Under the pieces are notes generated by a model. It was not told the origin of the DNA. It was given only the letters and a program-made list of their open reading frames with translations, and made no database searches. A stretch of DNA of 63,797 bases, counting the filler, from Reticulomyxa filosa (Eukaryota; Protista; Foraminifera): assembly GCA_000512085.1 (NCBI GenBank). It is 18 parts of 18 records of this genome, joined end to end, with 100 filler letters (N's around TTAATTAATTAA, not from the genome) between each part and the next. Parts side by side here need not be neighbours in the genome. Positions count along the whole stretch, not along the records: positions 21,370 to 33,849 come from ASPP01012407.1; positions 33,950 to 34,972 come from ASPP01028391.1; positions 35,073 to 37,183 come from ASPP01048423.1; 15 more parts are not named here. The stretch is one strand, 5' to 3'. Position numbers and translations under genes: made by a program. Position 1 is the first letter of the stretch; every line of letters begins with the position of its first letter. Shown here piece by piece: positions 24,181 to 37,140 of this stretch.

Positions 24181-25109
24181 TGTTATTACTATTGAGACCA
24201 TCTTGGTCTTGTATCTTTGTTTTTGTTTTTGTTTTTGTCTTTATGTTTGTGAGAATGTTTCGAAGATTGTTTTTCTTGCTTTGCAAGTTGAAGCCAGTTG
24301 TTTTGGAATTGAATGACTTGTTCACTGTTTTTACATTGATGGTACCCGTCCAATAGCTCGCGATTCAATGTTAAGAAATGGATGCCCCATTTGAACTTTT
24401 TCAGCAAATACTCACTTTCCGGTTTCAAATCGCAAATATACAACGCCGCACTTAGTGCTTCCACACATGACAGTTGGCACGGCTTCCCATAATTTATCGG
24501 ATTCGACGCCACCAAAAATGGCAACAAACGTGTGTGTTCACCTTTTTTTTTTTTTTTTTTGCTACAATTTGTATGTTCTCACGCAACTTCGCAAGTCATT
24601 TTCTTAAAAAAAAAAAAAAAAAAAAAAGAACCTTTGATTTTGTGAAATGGGGTTTTCTCCAAACAATGCCAAGAGCAATCGATGACGGCGAGACCATCTT
24701 TGCAAAGGATGTCTTTGTCGCTTGGAGAAATGCATTGAGTGGCATTGGGGGATAATATTATTCCTTTGAAACACTGCTTCAAAGATAACACTTTCAACAA
24801 CTGGAATCTCTCCAGTCGTCGTCCACTGCATTTCTTGGGGTCACATTGGTCGAAATCCCACATTGCTAATGGAGGCATGTGCAATTTTGAAGCTTTCTCT
24901 TCTTCTCCCAAATCACTCTCTTCTTCTCCTCCTTCTCCTCCTCTTTCTTCCACTTCCTCTCTTCCACTTTCTTCTTCTTCGTCGTCTTCGTCTTTTTTGT
25001 ATTTGTTAACCTTCTTCTTTGGGGCTGGCTTCATATTGTCGAAGCGCGTTTCATCTTGCTTTGAATACTTATTTTTTTTTTTTGTACTTCTTTTTTTAGG
25101 TCGAGACAT
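23891..25109 (-). CDS. TSR3: 18S rRNA aminocarboxypropyltransferase Tsr3
   Basis: LAMWDFDQCDPKKCSGRRL, GLAVIDCSW and LPFLVASNPINYGKPCQLSCVEALSAALYI..FKWG..FL.LN..LLD.Y. One intron near 24540-24630. The end is either 24189 or, with a frameshift, the acidic tail to 23891. Confidence 0.92.
24090..24190. repeat. (ATT/ATC)n trinucleotide low-complexity tract
   Basis: Directly visible; reads as poly-Asn/Asp on the minus strand. Confidence 0.85.
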
Positions 25110-25550
25110 GATTGTCTTTTATTTTTATTTATTTACTTTTTTTTTTTTGAAGTTTTCCTTTTTATTTGTGGGATGATAGATGTTGCTGTCTTTTACTTGG
25201 ACAAAAAAATAAGTGTGGTGTTTTAACAAATCGTGTTCCTGAGGTACTTTTCATGATAATGAAAACAGAGATTCAACAACGAAATAAACCTTAATTTTGT
25301 ATGAACTCAGACAATACAATGTCAGCTCAGACCGATAGAAAGAAGCGATAGATTGTTATGGAAAATAGATGCAATTTGCAAAAAAAAATACATAATTGAA
25401 ATGTAACGTTATACATTAAGTAAATGCCATGTTTTACCGAAGGTGTTTTCTTTCAAGTCTTAGTTTGCCAAAGTTTTTAAGAGGGACAACTTGAATAAAA
25501 ATTCTAGCATCAATGCAGTTCATTTGTAAATAACGACATAGAATTGACGA

Positions 25551-26587
25551 ATGAAAAGCGTGAAATTAGTAACGATAGGTGATGGAGCAACGGGTAAAAC
25601 CTGTTTTCTGATTACTTACACAACAAGAAGTTTTCCAGCGGAATATATTCCCACCGTGTTTGACAACTACTCTGCGAACATAACGTGGCGAGACGTACCG
25701 ATTCAACTTGGATTGTGGGACACCGGGGTAAGTTCAATATATATATATATATATATATGTATATATTTTTCAGCATATGTTGCAACACAATCCATAATAT
25801 GCATGTGTATACAATTGTGCGACCTGCAACAGGGAAAAGAAGGTAACATATATGCATCCGAGCTCTCTTTTGACTTAACTCGAACAATGAGTATTTTTTT
25901 TTGTTTTTGTTTTAAAGTTGATTTGATCGAATGGTAATAAAAAAACAAAAGACTATGACCGTTTGCGACCACTGTCGTATCCACAAACGGACGTATTTTT
26001 AATATGTTTTGATATCACTCGAAGGCCATCTTTGCAAAACATAGAAACCAAATGGGTTCCTGAGATCGCACATCATGCTCCTGGTTATTATTAAAATTTT
26101 TTTTTAAAAAAGTCTTTGATATATGCATATGTATGTATATGTATACATATATGCATATACATATACATATGCATATATGTATATAAAAGGAGTCCCATTT
26201 GTAATTTGTGGAACAAAGAACGATTTGCGAGAATGGGAATGTAATTATCCATTCAAAAACGAGGAACACAGATGCCATGTGCAAAGTTTGATAATAAAAA
26301 ATTGGTTTGAAAAAAACGTGAATGGAAAGAAGAAAGACAAAACGAAATACAAAATTCTTCCTTATGATTTGATTTCCGAAATATTAAAATTTTCCTCAAT
26401 CCCTCAGCTCAACAAGTGCATAACCGTTACTGAGGCAGAACAGTTTGCTTCAAAAATTGGAGCGTTTCGATATGTCGAGTGCAGCTCACTCAAAGGTCAA
26501 AACCTTGACAATGTTATAGACGTATGTCTACTTGCCGCCGCTAGCGGAAAGGGGCATGAAAAAACAAAAAAGTGTTATCTTTTGTAA
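25551..26587 (+). CDS. Rho/Rac-family GTPase, 4 exons (25551-25727, 25833-25842, 25952-26083, 26190-26587)
   Basis: [53 protein letters not shown] and CAAX CYLL. All junctions are GT-AG and in phase. Confidence 0.92.
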
Positions 26588-28573
26588 AAAAACAAAACAC
26601 AAATTAATGCGTCATTATCTATTGTCAACTTTTTCCAAAATTTTGCCCTTTCATAAACTGCTTTGTGCAGATTGATGTTTGATACTATATACATTTCTGT
26701 CTAATGTGAGCCTTTTTTTTTCTAACTTGATTCAAGTTTCGATTCTTGAATGAATCCAAACTGAAAGTGGCAAGTGTTTTTCGAAAAGATTAAATATTGA
26801 ATACAGAGGCAAATTGAAATGCTATAGACAAGCATTCAAAATTATTACATTTGGAGAATGAGATGAAAATGAAAGTGTAATAACTAAATTATGTAAGAGA
26901 ATTACAAACTTTTTAAAAAATTGATGCAAATAGCCGATTTTTATTCAACGAAAAATGGAGCTTTTGTCACATTTGTATTTTGTCTAAGTTTATTTTTGAT
27001 CTTTGAACGTAGTGATTTGATTTTGGATTGAAATGAGAAGTTTATGTTTTAAAAGTTCATGATTAGTATCATTTTTTTTAAGCTTTTGTACTGTGATGGA
27101 TTTGAAAGTCAACCTACTACATACTGAATCTTTCACAATACACTAATTTTGAGCAACTTACTATACCCCAAAACGCAAACAAAAATAAGTTTAGCACATT
27201 GACCAAAATAGTCATTGCACCACTTAAAAGAAAACATCATGTTCGATGTCTAGAATTGCAAATGAGGCAATAATGCATTGACTGCTAGTTGCTATGAATT
27301 TCTAAGTCTTTCATAATGTGGGCATTCTATCATGAAGTGCTACACTGTTTCATCTTCTACTTCGCATCACTTGCAATCTTGTGTGTACTATTGTCTGATT
27401 TTGTACTTCTGAAAAACCTACATGATCTTCAATTAACTCAATGAGTTTGTGATATTAGTGCAACATCAGACTAACATTACTGCATCTATTCTGTTTTAAA
27501 TGTTTTTTCTTTCTCCAACATTTCGTCTAACTATACAAACGCTTCAAAAAGCGATATTTCCAGATCTATTTAAATCTTTATTGTTTATTTCAACTTTTTT
27601 TTTGTTTTTACATTCATATATTTATACATATAAATACATATATGTACATATATGCATATTTATTTATTTATACTTAGTGCGAGAAATGTCAAATTGAAAA
27701 TTTCTTCTTTTATGGAAATCTCGAATTACCTTTTATATGTTTTCTGATTTTTTCAGTTTGGCATTTGCATCAATACAATGTTGCTTTGTGTTCATCCAAT
27801 AATTCAATTATTTCTATTTTTGCTTTATTTGCTGCATTTTTAACAATTTTTTGTTTGTTTGTTTTATTTTTGGATGCTTTTTTTATCAATTTGTAAAATG
27901 AAATATGACTGAAATGACCGCTCTGACAATACTATCTTTTTTATCTTTGTCTACTGCTTCTTTAATAAGTTCCATAATCCATATTAAAACTTGATAAGTT
28001 GCATATTGCTTGCTTGAGGGCAATTCATATACTAGCTCATCATCAATATCCTTTGCCACGTAAAAGTGACATAATTTATAATGTTCAATTGCTATTACTT
28101 CATTATATCTGTAAGGTTCATTTATTATTGCTTGGCATTACTCTTTTTTTTTAATATTTCTTTATTGCGAGATGTTAACTGTTTTCCAATCAATAGCTTT
28201 GACTATTCATTGTCTGAAAATACTACAACTGTGTCTCCACTTTGCAACTCTTTCACTTCGTCATCTTACCAAAGTCCAATTCGAAGTAAAGAGGTTCCCA
28301 AATCAATCCCAATTGTGTTTATCTCTTGAAAAAGTAGCATTATTTAGAAGCAAGAGACGATAAGTGAAAATTTATTAAAATAAACTTGGTGTCACTTGAA
28401 AAAAAAAAGTGACAATAATGGAATAGAAATTGAATTAAAATAAAAAATATGTACAATGATTTAATCAATAATCTTATATAAATTAATAGCTAAACAAAAT
28501 TACGTAATATCACTACTTTCTTTCCAAGGGGGTCAACATTCAAAAGTTCCTTTTTCTAACAGTTATACAAGTT

Positions 28574-29474
28574 ATAACAACTGTGAAATTAGTACTACTA
28601 GGAGATGCAGCTGTGGGCAAAACCTGTTTTTTGGTAACTTACACAACAGGAAGCTTTCCAAACGAATACAAACCAGCTTTGTTTAGTAATTACTGTGTCA
28701 ATATAACATGGCAAGACAGGTCATTTCAAATTGAATTGTGGGACACAAAGGTAAAACAATTGTTTTACTTTATTAAAATCTTTTATAATTATGTATTTAT
28801 AATAGTTTGTGTATTGTGTATTGTACATTATATACAACAGGGATCAAAGGTAGAAGTATTAATTTATTTGTATGTTTATTTTTCTTACATTTTTTAACAA
28901 ACAAATTTTGAACAATTTAAAAAAAAATAAAAGAATTTGATCGATTGCGACCGCTGTTATATGCACAAACAGATATATTTTTGATATTGTTTGATATTAA
29001 TCGTCATCAATCTTTTGAGAATATTCAAAAAAAATGGATTTCTGGAATCACATACTATAACCCTGGTTTTTTTTTTTAAAAAAATATTTTATATACTCAC
29101 TCATTCAAAAAGAAAGGAGTCCCATTTGTAATTTGTGGAACAAAAATGGACATGATAGAATTTGAGAGTAATTACACATTTAAAAGCGAGGAACATAGAT
29201 GTTATGTGCAAAGTTTGAAAAAAATGTAAATGCAAGAAAGAAACATAAAATTCTTCCTTATGATTTGATTTCCGAAATTTTAAAATTTTCATTGGTCCCT
29301 CAGCTCAACAAGTGCATAAGCACTACTTAAGCAGAGCAATTTGCTTTACAACTTGGGGCATTTCAATATGTTGAGTGCAGCTCATGCAAATATCAAAACC
29401 TTGACAATGTTATAGAAGCATGTCTACTTACTAAATTCAAACCTGAAGAATCTCAAAAATGTAATATATTATAA
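28574..29474 (+). pseudogene. Duplicate Rho/Rac pseudogene
   Basis: Same exon layout as 25551-26587. The start codon is ATA, there is a deletion near 29215 and a premature TAA near 29328, and it ends in CAAX CNIL. Confidence 0.85.
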
Positions 29475-29761
29475 AATATATTCATCAATATAATAAAAAA
29501 TCATTTGTCTCTTTTTTTATTGTAAAAGATCATACTTTTTTGTGTAGTTAGCACATAATGTCTTTTTCACATTTATGCTTTTTTTCGCGATGGAAAAAAT
29601 AATTTGTATTAAAGTCAGCATTGAAAGTAGATTGACTGCATTTCAACACATTTCAACTTCCTAATTAAAAAATAATTTGAAACTGGCAAAAATAAAGATC
29701 ATTTGAAAACAAAAAAATCATTACAATTGGAAAAATTGGAAAACAAAAAAATAAAATGAAA

Positions 29762-31397
29762 TTATTTGTGAAGCCTATTAAATGGTATTGGATCAATTTT
29801 TAAAATATCATCTGATGATAATTCAATACCATAAATTGCAATTCTTCCTTTTCCACCATCATATTCTCCATATCCTCCAATACATTTGATAGTTCCAAAA
29901 ATTTGTTTCAATTTATTTAAATGAGATTGAGATTGGCATTGTAATTCAAGCAATATTGATCCTCCACTTCCACCACCTAATCCATTCCCTCCATTTGATT
30001 GAATCGATCCATGATTGATCAATTGTTGTTCAATTATCAGCCCAAGTATTCCACCACCGCTCCCTCCAAATCTACCTCCACCTCCACTTCCAAAATGGAT
30101 TTGTTTCAATAAAGTCGCTTCTCCATGCATTCCTCCACCTTGTCCATCATCTCCTTCTCCTTTCGTTCCATACCCACCACCACCACCACTCCAATTTTTG
30201 AATTCACCCTTTCCAGGACCTTGATTCATTGGATATCCCAATTCCGAGCAATCAATTTTGGATGAAGAATGTTTAATCCACAAATGACTTGTTTTGATTT
30301 TTAGATGTCCAAAACTTTCACAAGCAACAGTTAAAGTAATATATTCTCCAAGTAAAAATATTCCAAAATTATAATTATTCCAATCATAGTTTTTTAATTT
30401 TATTGTTTGTTCATTTTCAGTCACCAATAAAAAATCAACTCCATTTTTTAAATTTGAACTTTGAATAAATAACAACATATTCTCACAATTTTTGAGTCGT
30501 TGTTTTTCTAGCTCTTGTTCTTTTTGTTTTTCATCAATTTGTGTTTTAATTTGAAGTTGAAGCTGTTGAATATTTGTAGTTCGATTTTCTACCTTGGTTT
30601 CGATGTTTTGTTTATATTCTTCAAATTTGATTTGATATTGTTCAAATTGTTTTTTGAATTCAATATTATCTAATTTTAATGCAGTTATTGTTTGATCTTT
30701 TTCTTGTAATTCATGTTTTAAATTGTCAATTTGTTTATTTTTTTCATTTTCTTTATCTTTCATATCTTTGAGTTGCAATTGTAAATCTTTAACTACATTC
30801 TGTAATTCTTTGATTTGTCCACTCATCACATTTAATTGATTTGTAATTTCATATGTGATATTTTGTTTGATTGGAATTAAATTGCATGAGTTATCTAAAT
30901 GATCTTTCAGATCTTTCATTTTTCCTTTATAATTGCAATTGCAATTATTTTTTAAATTTGAATTTGATTCACTCCAATTTTCTCCATCTTCCTTCTGATT
31001 TTGTCCCTTCATTTGATTGTCCTTTTTTCAAATCAAATTGTCTGGGACAAATTACTAATAACTCAGACACCGATTTTCTAACAGTCTTATTTTGCGAAAA
31101 TTCGCAATAATCATGTTGTTGAATTGGACATTTTCCATTATTTTGCTTCAAATACTTTTGTAAACATTGTTCTCCAATCAAATAAACTTGATCTGCAGTT
31201 TCATGTTCATCACAATGTAATTCCATTGCATTGTTTGCGATTTGATTGCAAATGCAGCAAATTAATGCGTCCAGTTTTTGTGATTCATTTGTCAATGAAA
31301 CCCAAGCTTTACTGTGACAATCAGAAAAGGAAAAAATTGGTCTTTTGTTTTCTTTGCTTTCTTCATCTTCTCTTGCTTCGGCTTCAATTAACAACAT
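29762..31397 (-). CDS. Degenerate RING/TRAF-type zinc-finger + coiled-coil + glycine-rich domain protein (frameshift near 30995)
   Basis: LICCICNQIA..ELHCDEH..GEQCL..CPIQQHDYC..VICPRQF..CNYKGKMKDLKDHLDNSC, a long coiled coil, then GGGGGYGTKG..FGSGGG..GGGSGGSI..GGKGRIAIY. Confidence 0.85.
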
Positions 31398-32371
31398 TAG
31401 TCTTTTTTTATCAAGTTTTTTTTTGCACTTTAAAAACTTTAGTTTGAAAAGGGTTTCGACAGTGAACTTCAAACAACTGCTCCATAACTTTTTTAGAAGA
31501 AAGTTTTGAATGAATTGTTTCCTTTTTCTTTTTTTCTTAGAGACATAATTTATTTTCAATACTAAGATAACACGAATAAATATAAAAAGAGATTTTCAAT
31601 TCAATAAAAAAAGATGGACAGAGCTCAAGATGATGTTTGAAACAAAAGGACGTGTACTTTTTTCAGCTTCAAAAATAATCATAAAATGGCCAAAACTTCA
31701 TTTCATTGAATAACTTTAATCCATTTTTATTTAACAAATAAACAATAATGAAATCACATATTTTGCTTCTGAAAATTTTTTGAAAGTCTTTAATGCTTTT
31801 AACAAAAGAAATAAACTTTGAACCAATTGGACGCAGTATCCGTGTCTTTGTTACCGCTTGACATGCCAACTTTGTGTTTACTGCGAACTTGACACCAACT
31901 CTAATTTGAAAAGTTTTGTGAAGAAAACTTCTTTCTTACATTGAAGGAATATATTAAATTATTGAATGTTTTTTGTATGATTTTTTTCTATCCATATTTC
32001 TTTCAAAAAAAAAAAGAATAATTGTTAAAATTTATCTTTCTTTTTTCTTTGCATATGCATCGACACCAAAAAAAGACTTTACAAACGAAAGTATTGTATT
32101 TTTTCCTTTTTTTGTAATTACAAGAATGATCGTTATTTATTTGGAAAATTAAAATAAAATACGTAAAATGAATTTACTTATGTAAAACTGTATATTTCTT
32201 CTGGATTCTTCATATACAAATGAAGTTTCAAGTATTCTGTACTCAACTTTTGTATTTCAAAAACAATGACAGATCTTTTTGTATCAGTATCACGTTTCTA
32301 AGTTCTGTTTAGCTCCTTTTAAACTGAATTAGAGTCCTTAAAAAAAAAACTACATTGTATTAAGAAAAGAA

Positions 32372-33849
32372 ATGTTGCATTTGAATGTCGAAAGCGAAGA
32401 AAAAAATTTGGAGAATCAAAAAGAAACATTTTCTCTTTCTGATTGCTTCAAGAAAGAGTGGCTTTCCTTAACCAATAAACAACAAAAATTAAACATGTTA
32501 ATTTGCTGTATTTGTAATCAAATTACAAACAATGCAATGGAATTGCATTGTAACGAACATGAAAAAGCAGATCAAGTTTATTTGGTTGGAGAAGAATGTC
32601 TACAAAATTATTTGAAACAAAATAATGAAAAATGTCCAATTCAACAACATGATCGTTGCGAATTTTCGCAAGGTAAAGCTGTGAGAAAATTGGTATCTGA
32701 GTTATTGGTAATCTGTCCTCGACAATTTGATTTGAATAAAAGACAATCAAATAAAGGAATAAAATTTGGAGAAGATGAAGAAAATTGGAGTAAATTAAAT
32801 CCAAATTCAAATTCAAAAAATAATTGCAATTGCAATTATAAAGGAAAAATGAAAGATCTGAAAGATCATATGGATAAATCATGCAATTTGATTCCAATTA
32901 AACAAAATATTCCATCAAAAATTGTAAATGAATTGAATGTGATGAGTGAACAAATTAAAGAATTACAAAATGTGATTAAAGTACAAACAGTTTTGTCAAA
33001 TTTTTTTGCTTGAATAAATGATAAAGAAAAAGATAAACAAATAAACAAAATAAAAAAAAAGGAGCAAGTCAAGGATTTAAAAGCAAAGTCATTGAAAAAA
33101 GATGAACAAATATTTGAACTAACAAAAGATATTCAACAATTAAAAACAGAAATTGTTGATTTAAAACAACAACAAAATGACCAAATTGAACAATCGAAAA
33201 TTAAATTTGAAGAACTTGCGAAAACTAATAACAAACAATTTGAAAACTTAAAAAATGAATTACAACAGTATCAAATTAAATTTGATGAATACAAAAAAAT
33301 CATTGAAACTAATGCAAAAAATCAAAATACAAATGTTCAACAAGTTCAACTTCAAATTAATACACAAATTGAAGAACAAAAAAATGAACAAAAAGAAAAA
33401 GAGCAAAATATCGCTGTATTTGAATGTAACAAAAACTGTGGGGACATGCTATCATTCATTCAAAGTCCGAATTTAAAAAATGGAGTTGATTTTTTATTGG
33501 TAATTGAAAATGAACAAACAATACATTTAAAAAACAATGAATGGAATAATTATAATTTTGGGATATTTTTACTTGGAGAAAATATCACTTTAACTCCTTA
33601 TTGTAATAGAGAAGAAAAAGAACTTGGACATCTAAAAATCAAAACAAGTCATTTATGGATTAAACATTCTTCATCCAAAATTGATTGCTCAGAATTGGGA
33701 TATCCAATGAATCAAGGCCCTGGAAAGGGTAAACGTGGAGGAAATGGTGGATATGGAACGAAAGGAGAAGGAAATGGTGAACAAGATGAAGGAGAAATGT
33801 ATGGGGAAGAAACTTTGTTGAAACAAATTCATTTTGGAAGTGGAGGTGG
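32372..33849 (+). CDS. Paralog of 29762-31397 (RING-like/TRAF-Zn, coiled coil, Gly-rich), truncated by contig end
   Basis: ORFs 32372..33013 and 33092..33849 share near-identical blocks with the minus-strand copy (e.g. GHLKIKTSHLWIKHSSSKIDCSELGYPMNQGPGKG). Probable intron near 32982. Confidence 0.85.
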
Positions 33850-35159
33850 NNNNNNNNNNNNNNNNNNNNNNNNNNNNNNNNNNNNNNNNNNNNTTAATTA
33901 ATTAANNNNNNNNNNNNNNNNNNNNNNNNNNNNNNNNNNNNNNNNNNNNCTATACACCTAATATAAAATAATAATAAAACAAACAAAACAAAACAAAATA
34001 AAACAAAGTAAAATAAAAAAATTAATAATATTTTTATTTTTATGGTGACTAAATTAAGTTTTACAAAAATTATGATTTTGTTGATGCTGAAGTTGTACGA
34101 TCATGTTTTGAAACATGAAATTTATATATAATAATAAAGAAATTTAGTTATATATTTTGCAAACATTTTGATGCACCACCTAGTGGACTGTTGCTACGAC
34201 TACGACTGCTGCAGCTACTCGACGACTAGTATGTGTACGCAGAACGGTCGGTTGGTGGACATTGAGGTATGCATATGCGATTGCATGATAGGCGAAGAAA
34301 GCGCATCGCTTTCGCATTTGTCACTAGAATGACTATTATCATCGCTGTTGTCAATGATGTACTTGGTTCGATCACGATGGTACTAGTCCTTTGCTTGCGT
34401 ATTGACTGGAGTGTCCGATCAATAGTCGCTTTTTTTGGGATTGCTTTGATGCTTCTTGACATGCGATGTCGTCTTTTGACCTGATTTCTTTTTGTGCTTG
34501 TTCGAAGGACTGATAATGTTTCGGTAATGTCCATTTTCGACTTGGTACTTTTGCATGTCTTTCTTTGCGCATTCCATTTCGAGTTCCAATCACGATCTAT
34601 GCTATCATGCTCATGCTAATACTTATTGTGTGTTTTGTAAAGTCTTTTCGAGCTGCTTTCGTTACGCTAGTTGCTTTTCAGATACTATTGTACTGATTTT
34701 TTGTTGGTTGCGATCGACGTAGTAGTCAATTGTAATGTGTGCTTTGACTCAATGGTTCGACTGATGTTCATTCGCTTTCGATTTGACTGCATTGTATCAT
34801 TCTCATTGCCAATACCAATACACTTGCCATTGTCATCTTCGCTTTCATTATCCTTGTGATCGCTCTTCAACTTCTTGTGATGCTTGTTCTTAATCTTTTT
34901 CTCTTTGCTGCTCTTGTCCTCGAAACTCTTGTTTGCTTTTATTTGCATTTGTACTTGTGCATGCATTTGGATNNNNNNNNNNNNNNNNNNNNNNNNNNNN
35001 NNNNNNNNNNNNNNNNTTAATTAATTAANNNNNNNNNNNNNNNNNNNNNNNNNNNNNNNNNNNNNNNNNNNNTAATATATTATATATACATATATGCATA
35101 TATACATATATATATAATATATATGTATATATGTGTATATATATGTATATATATAATAT

Positions 35160-35872
35160 AAAATCACTTGTTGCATTTGTAATTGTGTTTGCAAATGTTG
35201 GATGTGATCATCTTTTTCCAACATTTTTTGTTGCAACGAACGAATGTGATTGTCCACCAATAGCAAATGGGCTTGCATGTGTAACATGCAATGCTCACTT
35301 TGGGTTCGCTCGAACAGTAGTGTGTCGCAACCAAACTTTTGGAAGCAACAATACACTGGCTTCAGTCGACATGATGTTTCCAAATGCTCTTTCAAGCCTT
35401 TGATAGTCCCTCGATAATTGCATCCTTGCTTTTGTGATAAATTGTACTCATTCACGTTGCTACCTTCGTCGTCTTCCATTGTCCCAATATGCGTCGCTTT
35501 GTGCTCCACACCATGTGTCATTTGATACTGTCGGGGACACATCACTATCAAACTGCTTATCTCTTGTTGTGCCAAACGGTTTTTTGAATATTCACAACTG
35601 TCATGTTGCTCTATTGGACATTTCTTCCCATGTTGCTCCAAATATTGCCGGAGGCAATTCTCCCCTACTATATACACTTCTTCCATGTTCTCATGCTCTC
35701 GACAACTTAATTCCACCGCATTATAAGCAACTTGCTTACACAATAAACAAATAAATTTATTTACTGTTTCTTCTTTGTTCAACAATGATATCCAATGCTT
35801 ATTGTAGCAATCTTCAAGTGAAATATTGTCAAGTTTTACTTTTTCTTCTTCATCCGTTTCAAATTGGAGCAT
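35160..35872 (-). CDS. TRAF-like zinc-finger protein exon (more divergent family member)
   Basis: FICLLCKQVA..ELSCREH..GENCL..CPIEQHDSC..VMCPRQY..HLETSC..CCFQKFGC..HCMLHMQAHL, then a coiled coil and a TA-rich intron. Confidence 0.8.
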
Positions 35873-36749
35873 TATATTTATTATTATTATTATTATTATC
35901 GAATCCGATTATTTGAAAACTATTTTTGTAAGTTCAAAGGTTTGTATTGCCTTCTTGAATCAGTTGTTAATAAGATAACTGTTTTATTAATATCAAGTAA
36001 AATAGTTACTGATTTGCGTAATTTTTGCTTCCAATTTTTATTTAATTGTCCTTTTGACTATATATCACAAGACAAGGAAAAAAAAGTAATTGCTTTGAAT
36101 TGATAAATAGATAGAATATTATTTGGTTATTGATAGATTATTGTCATATTGACTTGGAATAGTTGTATTAAATAAAATTCATTCATATATATTTAATTTA
36201 ATACTGGAGTTCATCAAGTATATGCTTTATCACAAATATTATTAATTGTACATTAATTATTTACATTTATATATCAACACATTCAATATGTAATGTTTGT
36301 TGATGACGTGGCAATTTGTACATCGATATTTACAGATTATATATATAAAATGAACTATCATTACAACAAATTCTGTATAAAGTATATATTTGATTGAATA
36401 AATTGAAGATGTTACTTGCAGCTTATAAGACGTAGTGATTCACATTCAGACATCAAAATAAGAATTAAGATCTTAATATATTGTGAAAATAATTTTGGCT
36501 GATTGTATTAGTGAATCTTATGAGTCTTTGTTTTCGAAGTGTTGAAGTTTCAGAATATAATTCTTTAAACAAATCAAAGAAAATAAAATAAAAATAAAAT
36601 TATTATTTAATCTTTTGTTTTACTTTTAGTTATGTTGTCCCTTTAGTAGATTTAATGACCTTGCATAAAATAATATAAATGTTGTATTTTATTGATTACT
36701 TTTGTAAATGTATTCATTGTTAGTAAATTGCTTGTTTACAATGTTTGTC

Positions 36750-37140
36750 CAACCTTTTTTTATTTTGGAATATCAATACTACAACTTCTTATCTAAAAAT
36801 CTTGGATATGTGACACAATCATAGTTTCATATTGTGAAAATTTTGCATTAACAACAAAATTTGAATGTATTTTCAGTTATTGAATTTCTTTTCTTGATTC
36901 AATATCAAATTCATAAATCCATCCAATTTTATCAATTAACAATGATCGAAACCAATATCTGATTATTATATAAACTTTTTTTATTTTTTTCAATTGATTA
37001 ATATTTATTTCGTCATCTATTTCTTCCAACTATATTTATATTTCTATTATTTCTTTATATTCGGCGATCCATCGTTGATATTCTTTCATAAATTCATTTA
37101 CTGAAGTTTTTATATGTAATAGTGAATTATGATTATTTCT
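36750..37140 (-). pseudogene. WD40-family gene remnant with N-terminal helical motif
   Basis: KVYIIIRYWFRSLLIDKIGWIYEFD followed by decayed HSNFVVNAKFSQYETMIVS with stops. Boundaries are approximate. Confidence 0.55.

Noticed and set aside
23905-24356. Poly-Ile and poly-Leu ORFs as membrane proteins
   Set aside because: They are alternative-frame readings of the ATT microsatellite.
3982-35872. A single linked immune gene cluster (OAS-like + RNF213-like + TRAF-like)
   Set aside because: These genes lie on four different contigs; their proximity in the window is a product of concatenation.
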